A DNA stretch of 64,000 nt from NCBI GenBank assembly GCA_964016885.1, contig OZ024742.1, positions 154,938,001-155,002,000 of the forward strand, read 5' to 3'. The notes under the pieces were generated by a model that was given only the letters and a program-made list of their open reading frames with translations, made no database searches and was not told the origin of the DNA. The stretch is from Eledone cirrhosa. Lineage: Eukaryota. This document shows positions 43,008-56,603 of this stretch, one piece after another (position 1 is the stretch's first letter; every line of letters begins with the position of its first letter). The position numbers and the translations under genes are program-made.

Positions 43008-43345
43008 TCGGAAGGGATATTCATTGAATTTGTTGGTAATTCAAAAAATATAAATATTTACAACTGAACCAGAGCATTCGATAATTTTCTGGAGTATATA
43101 TTTTCAATGATATTAAATAAATGGAAACTATATTTATAAAACCATATTTATTCTATTATATATATTTCAAGCGTACCAAAAACTTTGGTACGCTTCAAAT
43201 GATAAGGTATGTTCCTTGGCTATGTAAACATTTATAAAACATACTTTTAAATCATGAAAGCGTACCAAAGTTTTTGGTACCCTTGAAATATATATAATAG
43301 AATAAATATAGTTTCATAAATATAGTTTCCATTTATTTAATATCA

Positions 43346-43347
<2 letters not shown>
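42633..43347. mobile_element. Nested fold-back elements (family F) with degenerate hammerheads
   Basis: 43106-43347 has about 90-bp terminal inverted repeats. 42633-42806 is an inverted duplicate of 43172-43346. Motif ATGATGA/ATCATGA-AAGCGTACC..GGTACCCTT-GAAA-TATATA-TA. Confidence 0.8.
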
Positions 43348-43421
<74 letters not shown>

Positions 43422-43423
<2 letters not shown>

Positions 43424-43720
43424 TCTTTAAACTCTGACTTTACCACGTTGCATGTATTTCATTTTCTTATACCATTTTAAAAGAGTCCGCCGAGCCGCCG
43501 ATTATTGAGTCGGGTAGGATCGTTACAGATCGAACCTTGAGCTGATCAGTGGCGAAACGCGCGTCACCTATCAATAAATGCAATGAAAGAGTAACAATCG
43601 TCCTTGTTATCCTTTCAATATATTACACTCTGTATAGCTCTACACCTCATCACAGAAGTGAACCTAAACTTCGAGTGCTCTCCCGGGTGAACCTGCAGTA
43701 ACTACAAGTTACAGCCCTGG
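43422..43720 (+). mobile_element. PLE pLTR-like fragment with a degenerate hammerhead
   Basis: GGC-GAAACGCGCGTC at 43551-43565, then AATAAA. Putative core eroded to CCGCCGA (43487). Lies between TA tracts. Confidence 0.55.
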
Positions 43721-43832
43721 ATATATATATGTATGTATATAGTAATAATAATAAATATGAAAACTAAAATCCGAAGAGGGCTCGTATCATCCTTACTGTA
43801 GTTATCCCCTATTAAAACCGGGATAAATATAC

Positions 43833-43889
<57 letters not shown>

Positions 43890-43914
43890 TATAGATAGTT
43901 AGATAGATAGATAT

Positions 43915-45660
43915 ATTTCTTTATTTGCCACAAGGGCGCACAAGAAAAGGGGACAAAACAAAGAAATATGCCGAGGATTTTACATACAGTCGTGTAAAAT
44001 TATTGAAACAAAAAATTATAACAATCGAAATCCCCAAATGGGGGAGGCGCCACAAATGGTTTGTTTAATACCCCGTCGATAGAACAACCGTCAACTTCAG
44101 GAGCGTTTTGTGCAAGTGCACCTTTCTTCCTTTTGCTCTCTTCTTTCACTTACAGTCTTATAAACAGAGAAGGCCCAATCACTCGGGCCATTTTCACTTC
44201 ATTCCTTTCAGTAAATTTCCTGGGGTGCAGTGCTTCTCTCTCTGCTCTGATTCTCCTTCTAAAGTGATACTTAAAGAAGGGAATCAATTGTTGTCCGGAG
44301 AGAAAAGCATCTGTCCTCAGTTCTCTCAATCTCGTCCACAATATAACCTCTTTAACCATCGCCACTGTACAGGAGAAAACCGCCTCTCTTTCGTTTTTGA
44401 AATCGGCTGGCGGTTTGTTCCTTACTATGGACTCGGCAGTCAACTGGATTTGTCCCATACGCGACAGCAGTTGTTCTGCATTGTTCCACAGGTCGCTTAC
44501 GCCCGGGCAGTGTACACTTGCATGCAAGACACGTCTTCTTGGAAGGATCCCTGCCGGGGCGTCCGTGCCTATAGATCTTATCTCGAACGGCTAGAGCTCC
44601 TCAGTAGCACTGCCAGGCCAGGGACCTCTGGAGGTTGTCCATAGGTCCCGGGTGGAAAGTCCTACCGAACAGACTGGTGAGCTCGTCCTCTTCGACGCCT
44701 AGAATCTCCCTGAGCACGTCGGCGCACTTGTAAAGTACTAATGCTCTATAGAATTTTGAAGTGGAGTCTCCACTGATTGCTGTACCCGCTTGACAGATGA
44801 CTGTGAGCGCCTGGGCGCATTCAATGTGCCAGGCGCCCATCTTCTTCGGTCTTCGGTTAACCCAAGACTGCAGCTCCGTCAGCGAGACAAGTTGTGGGAA
44901 GGCCTGTCTCACAAACGGTGCCCACACCGGTTGGTCGGTGATGAATACCTGGAGTGCCGTAGCCTCAGCGCATGTTTTCCACAGCGTGCCCAGCCCTCCG
45001 TCGGAAGTGTGTTGACAACAGACGGATCTCCTCACCAGTGGAGCCTGCGTCTTCCACAGGAACCTGAAGAGCATGCGTTCCATCTTGGTGAGGTATTCAC
45101 GGGGACAAAGCACGACAGTCAAGCGGTAGTTAGATGACGGACGCTATGAAAGTTTTCGCCACCTCCGGTCGACCTTTCAGATACAGTTTGCACTATGCCC
45201 ACTTCTGGGTGAGCGCAAATACCTTGGCCAGGACCTCGTTCCGGTTTTTCTCCACCTGCAAGTCTGGACCGAACCAGACCCCGAGCAATTTCTCCGGTTC
45301 TTCTGTCCAGCGTCCGACGACGCTGTCGGATGGCATTGGGATGCCTCGCCACGTTCCGAGTTGCAAACCGACAGACTTGTCCGGGTTCAGTTTTTCTCCT
45401 GTGGACCTTTCGTATTCCTGTAGTAGGTTGCCGATTACCTTGATTTCAGAGGTTTTCGACACCATTACAGTCACGTCGTCGGCATAAGCCGACGCCGCTT
45501 TTCGCAGTTTCGGTTCTAAAGGGACGCCCTGCAACAGCTCCAACTTCCGCAGTCGTGGCTCTAGAGTCAATATGTACAATATAGAGGAGAGAGGGCATGT
45601 CTGTCGAATGGAACGCATGATTGCGAACGGCTCCGTTAGGTAGCCGTAGACCTTGACCCT
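43915..45660 (-). mobile_element. 5'-truncated, frameshifted Tx1/L1-clade LINE (RT plus C-terminus)
   Basis: SIRQTCPLSSILY, AYADDVTV, LLGVWFG and LFRFLW motifs across broken frames. AATAAA followed by a (TATC)n/(TA)n tract at the 3' end. Confidence 0.88.
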
Positions 45661-47441
45661 CGAGAGCCTATTTCAGGTTTAACGATGACAAGTAGGGAGA
45701 AAAAAAAACAACAAAAACAAAACAAAAACAAAACCAAATTTAGAGAACAATGGACATAGATAAATAACTAAAGATTATATATATATAATTATTTATACGA
45801 ACAAATAAGTGAATAATTATTTAGCTCTGGAGATAGCTCTTCCCATGCAGTTATTTATATATCTAGCTGGCTACATAGATTGCTATTGACTTGTTTATAT
45901 TTATGTAATTATTTTTGTTTATTGTTATGTAATTTTCTTCCTAGTTTAATAATATAAACTTCCTCTTTAGTTAGTTTCTTTCCCCGCCATTTTAAAGTTA
46001 ACTGAAGCAAATTTATATCTTAATATTTTCTCTTTCCCCCAACCATCTTCAGGTATCTGATCAAGCAATCTAATTGAAAGAAACAGAGGCACATTAAAAG
46101 ACGTTTGTGTTTGTTATATATTCAGTCGTGTGTACATTTAGGCGACGAACACCTCTGGATAACAAAGATTATATTTAATAATAACACGGTAACAGGCTAG
46201 TCATTAATGTCATTTATTCATACAAAAGTAGTGTTAGTTCGAACCAGTTGACTTAGCGTATTAATTATAGTGAAATAGTTTAATTTTATTACGTTGTTTC
46301 GTTTAATGTTTTAGTTGCTGAATAATGTATTTTTAGTTTAAATTTAAACAAACATATCTATGTTTGCCGTGTACTGTGCTGGAATATATAAATACGAAAT
46401 AAACATATATCGGAATAGTTATTTATGCATTTTATTCAGATTGTAAACATGCATTAAATGATTGTTAGAACATTCCTTGAATGTTAACTTCAAACCATAA
46501 CATAAATTAAATAAACAAACAGATATTAAACAAATAAGGCTAGGCAAATGATATGCGGAATGCTACACGATCGAAGAAAGGATACAATGTATGCAATTTA
46601 GTTCTCTTTTCATTTTGTACCACCAACCATGTTGGGCCCAACATCGTAGTCTTGGTAGAAGCTCTCATTATGTCCAAGGCAAGTTGACACTGCTCTTTAA
46701 TACTTTACACGGCAGGTTTATGATAACAATTGCACATAACGTACGCACAAGGCAGAATAAAGAAAAGGTTCCAACTGTGAAATCTGTTTTCCACATATCC
46801 TTCATCAAACTACAGTAAACTGACGTACGTTGGAATCGCCAACTCCGATTGCACCGCCCCCTCCATATGCCTTTCCCGACGAGATCACTAGAACAGTGAC
46901 ATGACCTCACACTACATGAGCAATGTGGCTAGACCTATCACTGAGCATACATCTTCATTTTCTTGTCTTCTAATCAATTTAGACAATGTTTTAAACAGAA
47001 ATAGGCGGGACCATAAGCTCTCAATGGAACCACATTTGCAGTTCTCACACGGAGCAACCAGCACGCTCGTGGTTGATGGTACCTTTCTCACATTCGTCAC
47101 AGACATTCAACAAAGTGATAAATTTGATCCAATGCAATCTGTCTTGGTTTACTTCCAAAGAAAATTTCTACGACAATTGAATAAGAATAGTCGAAAAAGA
47201 AAGTGCGTTTTAGAGGTCTCAAAATCCGCTCTGCAATTGCCCTGCGCATACTAACCCTTCTACTATTTGTAATGCGTTCTGAAAGACGTCGTAACACTGG
47301 GTAGACTGGATCGAATCAACTCTTGCCATCCGTGTTGGCAAATGCCTCATTCTCCTTCAGTTTAAATTATAAATACGCATCTGGGACATCAAATGTTGTT
47401 CAACATATATGACGCTCTATATCCCCCCCCCCCCTACTCTC

Positions 47442-47566
<125 letters not shown>

Positions 47567-47632
47567 ACACCTCTATGCATACATCGTACGTATTACGTAT
47601 GGTCATTTTTTGAATGAACAAACTGTCATTAA

Positions 47633-47815
47633 TGGATTGGCAGTATCGGTAGAGGGTCGGACGCCATGCTTTCCAGCATAGTTACGTCCCTTTACGATCT
47701 GAGGTCAAATCTCGCCGACGTTGACTTTGCCTTTCATCCTTACGGGGTCGACAAAATAAAGTACCAGTAATGCACTGGGTAATTGCTGGCCTTGTGCCTA
47801 AAGTAAAAACAATTA
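47633..47815 (+). mobile_element. Deu/Nin-like SINE
   Basis: Consensus match. Confidence 0.9.
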
Positions 47816-47942
47816 ATATTACTATTTTTCTTATTAGTATATTATTTTATAGCGTGATGTTACAGTATTACTGAACGCATCCTAGTGTGCCTGGGGTATA
47901 TTCAGTGCTGGTTTTGGTATCTCTATTTGTATTGTTTTGAGA

Positions 47943-48231
47943 AGTCTAAAAGTCTAAAGTCTGTCTTAAGCCAGAAGTCTCATTTGGCTGGTGCTTATCC
48001 CGGTTTCATGGCGTGAAGCAACTGAGAGTACAAGAGTCCCCCCTGGACTGGACGCCAGTCCATCACAGGGTTAAACCTCCAGCTATCGCTGGTACTCATT
48101 CTCAGCTGAGTAAACTGGAGCAACGTGAAATAAAGTGTCTTGCTCAAGGAAACAGCACATCACCCGGTCCGAGAATTGAACTAACAACCTTTCGATTTGA
48201 AGCCTAATGCTATAACCACTAAGCCATGCGC
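47943..48231 (-). mobile_element. Full-length tRNA SINE with CORE-like and V-like central blocks
   Basis: Reverse strand: TGGCTTAGTGG A box, AGTTCAATTC B box, TCCTTGAGCAAGACACTT, CCCTGTGATGGACTGGCGTCCAGTCCAGGGG, and a (TTTAGAC)-like tail. Confidence 0.8.
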
Positions 48232-48702
48232 ATTCATATTGTATTGAGAATACCCTACATAATGTGCGTGCAACGGCTAGCAGTACTATATTCCATAGCC
48301 GTCTGGTATATTTCCAGTTCCATCAATATATCATTAAAGTTATTTTTGCAAGTAAACGAGGTTTCTCTTGCTAAATATTTCAAGCACAAATTTGGAATTT
48401 TGTCATTTCGTGGAGCTTTCCGTTAGCTTGCTTTTATCAGTGTGTCAGATAATTATTATGATATGATGACTTCTCATATTTGGTCAGGGGTTGTATTTGT
48501 TGATCTTACTATTGCATCGCATTGGAATTCTTCTGCTGCCATATTTAAGATTGTATAAACTTAGCTGAAGGATTTTCAATTTTATGGATATTTCATTGAA
48601 GTCTTAAATATCAGAGGAAAAATATGTAATAATTGTTTTAAACACTATACATAATGTACCAATCATTCTCTTTCTTTTTCTCTCTCTTTCCTTCACGCTT
48701 CC

Positions 48703-48735
<33 letters not shown>

Positions 48736-48737
<2 letters not shown>

Positions 48738-49000
48738 AAAAGATGAAATCGAAAATGCGACTGGAGTCTTATTAAAAAAAAATATATATATATTTATTTG
48801 ATTCCTTTACCGTTTTCGCAGTTCTGCTTTACAAAAGTAGAGTTGAGATGGAGGGTCTGTGGTATTTCCCACATCTCAGATGTGAGAAAAACCACAGGGG
48901 TATCCTTCCTGTTCCTATAACCATGCCCATTCCGAGCTGAGGATCCGGTAAGGTGAAACAACTGTTCTCGGTATGGTGAACTAACTGTTGTGTAACCACT
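48736..49000. mobile_element. Chimera of family B (minus strand) and a different hammerhead family (plus strand)
   Basis: 48736-48898 matches 14185-14345. Unrelated HHR-bearing sequence follows, ending in (TCTA)n. Confidence 0.7.
48927..48976 (+). ncRNA. Minimal type I hammerhead ribozyme, intact core
   Basis: CCATTCCGAG-CTGAGGA-TCCGGTAAGGT-GAAA-CAACT-GTT^-CTCGGTATGG: stem I pairs at 9 of 10 positions. Confidence 0.82.
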
Positions 49001-49288
<288 letters not shown>

Positions 49289-49326
49289 ATATGTATATAT
49301 ACATATTTATATATACACACACACAC

Positions 49327-49371
<45 letters not shown>

Positions 49372-49380
49372 CATATATAT

Positions 49381-49515
<135 letters not shown>

Positions 49516-50424
49516 TATATATATATATGAGAGTGTGTGTGAGTGTATGTTTATATGTATATATAAATGTGTACTGCATATATATGCACACGCGCCTTTG
49601 TGTACATCTAAGTGTTTCATCATCTTATTTCAATGTGAATTATCCGGCAGATATATAGTACTACTGCAGTGAAGAAAAAAATGCTGAGATCCAGTGTAAT
49701 TTTCCCTTAGACTATGTTCAGGAAACATAAATGAAGAGAAAATAAATCTTACTATATCCCATGACAGGAAATAACAAAGTATTTTATAATAAATGACATA
49801 GCATTATAGAGCATCTAAGTAATTACATTGACTTTGTTATTGATTGAAAATCATGTAGATTTTGAATGTATTTTTCCTTAATTTGTAGCCGATACTGCGG
49901 TAATTGTATTGTATCGATCCATCAAAAGATATATAGATAGGTTAAATCTCACTACAGAGAAAGTAAATAAGGCTGAAATATCAATGTCAACGTCAAATAT
50001 AATCGTGCCATCTCCTCTTCAAATTACTGTTTGACCTACGTTTCTATGATTATTTTCTTTTCTTCAAATATGTATTGCATTCTTCTTCTAACATTTTATT
50101 TTTATTATTTCATATTATTGACGATTTAATTGTTAATAAAGTTTGATTTTGACGTATGTAAACTTTAACATTTTAGTGATGATGTGTTGTAATGTTTGCT
50201 CCTATTGCTGTTTATATACAATAGAAAGCATCGAGTTCAGTGATAGGTAGACCTGAATATGTGAATCACGAAATTGAAAATAACAACAATCAGATTTCTT
50301 GTCTGCATACTTGAGTTGTAGCAAATAATTTACGTATAAAATCATTTAAAAATACGTTTCGAGACTAAGTGGACAAATTCCCCCTTATACATTTCTACAA
50401 TAACTTATACTGTTTTTGAAATTA

Positions 50425-51117
50425 TCTATATATATATAACTGATAATGTGTGTGTGTGTATGTGTGAGTGTGTGTGTGTGGGTGTGCGTGTGGGTGTGTG
50501 TGTGGGGGGGAGGGGGGGTCTGTGAGTTTGAATCCCTAAAACTCGAGAAGTACCCAACTGTTTTGTTTAACAAACTTTACATGTGTATTACTTATGTTTC
50601 AAGGAGTGTTATGCACATAACACAATTCAACTTTTTGATCCCTTAAGGCCCGCATTAGGTGAAAAACTGCGTTTTTTCAGCTTTTTAGGTTTTTTTGGAG
50701 GCGTTACGTCAGACCTATTTCCTTGATATTTTAACTATGTATTAGTCAGTCTCTTCTTCACTCCTTGAGCAAAGAAAATCCAATTTGTCATGGCCTACGG
50801 CCTGCATTAGGGGAATCACTTCATTGTTTCAGCTTTTTAGGGCTTTTTTGAGGCGTTACGTTTAGCCGATTTTCCTGAAAGTTCAAGGCATATTATGCAC
50901 ATAAAAACAATTCATATTTTTTATCCCCCTAGGGCCATCATTAGGTGAAAATCTGCATTTTTCCTGTTTCATCGAGGAAAATCTTAAAGATTATCCAGCC
51001 ATCAGAGTACATTTTCTTTACATATTTTCCAGGCATGCAGTTTTTCCACGATTAGGTCTGTTGGCGGCCCGCGTTCCTAAATACCTTATCCCGTGCAACA
51101 CCAAGTTCCACTGCTAG
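50425..51117 (+). mobile_element. Non-autonomous Helitron-like element
   Basis: A|TC start, early (GT)n tract, internal subrepeats (50605-50725 and 50805-50960), eroded CCCGTGCAAC hairpin, CTAG|T end. Confidence 0.65.
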
Positions 51118-51726
51118 TAATATATAAAATGGGGGGCTTTGATTCGTCTTTGAATCGTCAGAGTACAAGGGATGGATATACACAAAATAATGACTAAACA
51201 TTATTATATTTGTTTAGTAGAAAAGCATGATTTACTTATTTCAAGAAGCGAGATATAGTCGTTGGTAACTACACTTCCATATATAAGAACATGCATATAA
51301 CCACGGCAAAGTGGAAGGGGAGATTGTGACATATTCCAAGCTTGATGACAAAAAGCAATGAGCCTTGCGCTCTATTATGTCTAACAACTCACCGTCAACC
51401 TAATGTAATGTATTTTTCTGTTTTTACTAATTATATCATTCGACATTTCATCCATATATCGATAAAAAACAAACCAACAGCTACAAAAGTCAGTAATAAC
51501 GATTTCTAATTTTGGCACAAGCATTAATTTGAGGGAAAGTAAAGTCGATTCAATCACTCCAGTTCGTACTGGCAGATTATTTTATCGATCCTTGAACATT
51601 TGGATCTCGTTGCAGCTTTCATTGTGCTACCACTGTCAACTTTTGTAGGAACGTAACCATCTGCTAATAACATTGTGTAATTTCATACACCTGGACCGGG
51701 ATGCTGTTTTAGAAACAGAAAGTCGG

Positions 51727-51883
51727 TTGGATTGGCAGTATCGGTAGAGGTGCGGACGCCATGCTTTACAGCATAGAGTTGCGTCCCTTTATGAACTGAG
51801 TTCAAATCCCGCCGAGGTTAACTTTGCGTTTCATCCTTGCGGGGTCGATAATATAAAGTAACAGTAATGCACAGGGATAATTG
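51727..51883 (+). mobile_element. Deu/Nin-like SINE (an older minus-strand fragment lies at 51494-51590)
   Basis: Consensus match. Confidence 0.85.
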
Positions 51884-53866
51884 TAACAATTATTATTACA
51901 ATCAAATCACACTTGTCAAATTATTCAACGCTCACACGTAGGTGCAAAAACCAATCAATCCGCGTTAGTGTCTGTGACATGCCTTTCGAAAAAACGACAG
52001 ACTTTAAAAGACGACACACTTTAATGGTCAACGTTATGTGTGTATCATTTGGGTCCAGAAAGACGAAAATGATTCTCCAGTTGTGTTTTGCTTGACTGTT
52101 TGTGGATAATTGTGGAACTAAGAGAATGTTATTTAGAGCCAACCACGACGATAGCAGAATTATTGGGACAGTATATCCCTTTTCTCTAACATATAAATTA
52201 ATCATTTCCTTAAAGGAGATCAATAAGGTGTGTATCGGACTCAATATAAAATGAAAATTTGCATCAATTGGCTCAATTAAAATCCTTTTAAAGCATGGTT
52301 GGGTTTTAATGGATGACATCAGAAAACAGAGTAAAATAACATAATCAAATATATAAGTTTGAAGAATATATGTCATTAGATACAAGCTAGGAATTTATAT
52401 ATATATATACAAGCTAGATTTATACTAAAGACAACTATTTGAAGTTAACCAATTTGTTCGTGAAGATATATGCAATTATTAAGCATCAGACATTCACGTC
52501 TAGAGAATTTTGTCACTATGCTCAGCGTTTTAGAATAAAAAGCAGTCCCAATTTCACATCGACACATTTTTAAAATGTAGCTAATTTAGAAAAAAAAAAA
52601 AAAAGTGTATGTTACTGTAGTCTAGCAGAAATACCAAAGCAGGAAATAAAAACAGAATTATAGTAAACTATAGGAAATAGAATTAAAGATAGAAATACGG
52701 TAAATATCAACATAACAAAACTCATGCAAAAGAAAGAAAATAATATCACATAAAAAATAAAATAATGGCCTTATAATAACAACATTATGAATGATGTTAA
52801 ATAAATAATGAAACATATTGAAAAACAACATTTGAGATGTTGAAAATATTTAGAAAAAATAGAAATATATATAAATCTTTATTGTTTTGTTGATGTAAAT
52901 GTTGTCATTCTTTTGTTGTTTTCATCCTCATCTTCACCATCGTCACCATCGTCACCACCGTCACCATACTCGAGTTTGTTGTTGTTGTTATTGTTTACTC
53001 CCAGGTCAAACACAATTGAGAATACCTATAACCAAAGCCATTCTAATCTTCCCTATTTCATATGTATCTAAAATTAACTTTATCCTATGTGTAGTTTAAA
53101 ATAAGATTGGTTTTATATGATATAGTGGATATATAGTATGTCAGTTGTCCTCTATTTTCTACTTCATGTTATGATTATTATCTTGTTTATCATCTTCGGC
53201 ACCAGCAATACCACTCTTGCGAATATTGTTGAAGTTGCTAGATTTACATTGAGATGGATGTTAAATCGGCAAAATATTTAGGATATCGAACAAAATGCTT
53301 TGATGCCGAAGCTTTACTTGCATTTCATCCTTGGACAATTCCAGAAAATAACGTTTCCATAAGCACCGGTGGTTGGTATAAACGAGAGTCCCCTAATCTA
53401 TAATACATACTCCTGTATATATGCAAAGTATATAAATATATATATTTATATATATATATATATATATGTAGTGTGGGACTAATGTATTCTTAGTTGAAAC
53501 TCTGGTGGAAACCAGATTGTCATTCGTTCTCTCAGTATTCGAAACAATGTATCAGTAATATACGGTGGAAACATTCTTCGACTGTTGAGATTTAAATACA
53601 CATGTATACATGTTTAATCTCTCTTTTCATTGCACACGCACACGCAGAATGATGGAGTTATACATGAGAAACATCACAATTTGAACTTATAACGTAGAAT
53701 ATCATAAGGAAAGAGCTGAAACTACTTTGACCGACACTCTACTGGACTAATAACAATACACTAGACTAATAATAATAACACAGTAATATATACCGAAATA
53801 AATGGTTAAGAGAGAGAGAAGAGAAGAGAAGAGAATAGAGAGAGAGAGAAAGATATATATATATAT

Positions 53867-53933
<67 letters not shown>

Positions 53934-56329
53934 AGAGTATTAGATCAAAGGATAAATATAGAATTATAGATAAAACTCACCAAAATAACAAATTACCGCC
54001 TTAAACCCTACAGATTTCTCAATATCTTGATACATGGTATCAAGTAAATACGTCATGGTCACGGCTAAAATGATTTCCCTTTTCCTTTACACAAGATCAT
54101 TTTCTGAAATCACCATCAGTTAAGGAACCATTATAACTAGTAAATATCTAAACAAGCTAACATTGGTTTATCTACGTGGTCAAGGGACATGTTATAAATA
54201 GCAACCAATTGTGCACCAAATCGTCCCACGCTATCATAAATTTAAAAGTTATATCGGATGTTGTGCTCTCAAATACAGGTTTTGCCCATTCATTTTCTCT
54301 GTTAACTCTGACCAATATATTTAGCTTAAACAAGGACCAGAAGAGCAGCATATACACAAACGGTTATAAAACATACATGAACTACAATCAGTCCAACGTT
54401 CGTATTGAAGGAATACAAATGTGTCCATTACACTGACATGGCTATACAAACACACCACCGTACACGATCATACATATATAGTGTACATATGTTATTATGC
54501 ATAGACGAACACACATATATACGTATTTGTATGTGAATGCAGAAAACAATATAAACATACATATTTGATAGAAACAAACTTAGACAAGAAAGCAGTTTAA
54601 ATACTTCGTCTAATTTCAAATTATTATTTCTCATCCCATCTTTGCTTCACTGCAGTTTTCAATCTTTTTTCTTCATTTCATGCATTAAATCTTTATTTTC
54701 TTTCAGCATTTCTTTATTTTTTCTTTCACCCTCTCATTATTTCTATTTTTTTCTGTCTCTCTATATATCTCTATATTTACCTGTCTATCTATAAGCATAT
54801 GTATCTATATATTTATCAAAATATCTCACTATAAACGCACACATAAACACTTGCATACACATACATGCATACACATACATACATCCATGCATACACATGC
54901 ATAAACATACATGCGTGCATACATGCGTGCATACATACATACATACATACATACATACATACATACATACATACATACATACATACATACATACATACAT
55001 ACATACATACGTACATACATATATATATGGACGTGTGGGTATGTGTATATATGTGTTTATGTGTATGTGTGTTGATATGTGCGTTTTCTTATACATAAAT
55101 ATATATGTTTGTATGTATGTGTTTGTATTTTCTTCATTTCTTTATTTAAGATAGAACATAAATGACAATAACCAAGAAACGCTTTTAATTTCCAGCAAAA
55201 TCTTGCGAAAATGTGGATGCTTTTAAAAATTTTGTCAAGTCACTGGTATTGCTTAAAAGCCAAGCCAGAAGATTCTGTCTTTATTTTGACAGATGCACTA
55301 ACACAAAGCAACAGCCTAACTAAAGATGCATCTTTAAAGATATGTAACCCATGAAATTGTAGAAAATAAATATGTATGTATACACGTATGTATATATATG
55401 TATGTATTTCAAGACGAATCTTTAAATATTACTCCAGCGTAGACGAAACTTCGTTAAAATGAAAGGCCAATAATATAGTATATGAACTTGTTGCCCTACC
55501 AGATTGTCTATTTGTATTTTGACACACATTTACCTCGTGTATACATGTATGTATATACGTATATATATATATATATATATGTGTGTCTGTGTGAGTGGGT
55601 GTGCGTGTAACAGAGCTAAGTCTATTAGCAAACTAACGATTCTAACTTATGTACAGTCATTGTATTACTCATATTCTTCTATCTGCCACCTACCCTGTGT
55701 ATGATAAATCTGTGGTTTTACTCAGCAAATTTAGAGAATTTGCTTTCTACCATAGTCACAGAATTGCAAAATGATTGTGGGGGGGGATACAATTGATAGA
55801 AAATGTTTAGCTTTCCCTCAGAGACATTGCCCGACCGTGGTTAGATCGGGTTAGTCTCTTAGTCATTCGGGTGTTTTAACCCAAGCACATGTCCCGTAGT
55901 TTCATTTATTGCAGTCTTCACTTATTCCAGTATTGGGGATAGATTTTCATCAATCAAATGAAAAACATAGAAGACTGTGACCTTGTGTTTTTTCGCAAAT
56001 GTATAGAACATGTTGGGGTTCATTTTGATTTTCTCAATGGCACATGCCTCCCAGCTGTTCTTTGGTTATTGATAATGGTCTTTATGCATTTCTGGAGATT
56101 ATGTTTTCGATTCGAGCAATGTTCTATCATTCGTATGTGTGTGTTGGTGTTGATTATGTTTTAGTTGCATGATTTTTTGTTAGTTTCTCATTTTATTCGT
56201 CTGATAATAGTTTTTCTTTCTTTTTCTGGTGGCTTCTGCATTCAATTTTATTCACAGATCTTGATAGCTTATATTTCGCACTATTACTTGTAAGTGACAC
56301 TCTCCACACACCCACATGTATATATTTAT

Positions 56330-56603
56330 GTAAGGTTTTTTTACAAAAAGAAAAAAAAAACCAGGTGTCCTACACGAGTGAAAGTATAAGGAAAAAAGAT
56401 GAAATCGAAAATGAAACTGGAGTCTATTTAAATAAAAAATATTTATTTCGTTCCTTTACCGGTTTCGCAGTTCTTGTGATTTTCAAAAGAAGAATTGAGA
56501 TGGAGGGTTTGTGGTTTTTCTCGCAGCGAGAAAAACTACAAACCCTCCATCTCCATCTTTTTAAAAAGACTCCAGTTGCATTTTCGTTTTCATCTTTTTT
56601 CCC
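56330..56603. mobile_element. Family B fold-back copy with an internally deleted right arm
   Basis: Hairpin centre TTTTTCTCGC-A-GCGAGAAAAA at about 56524. Confidence 0.78.

Noticed and set aside
46030-46110. Polypyrimidine tract plus CAG splice acceptor
   Set aside because: No convincing open exon or donor site; cannot be supported without transcript data.
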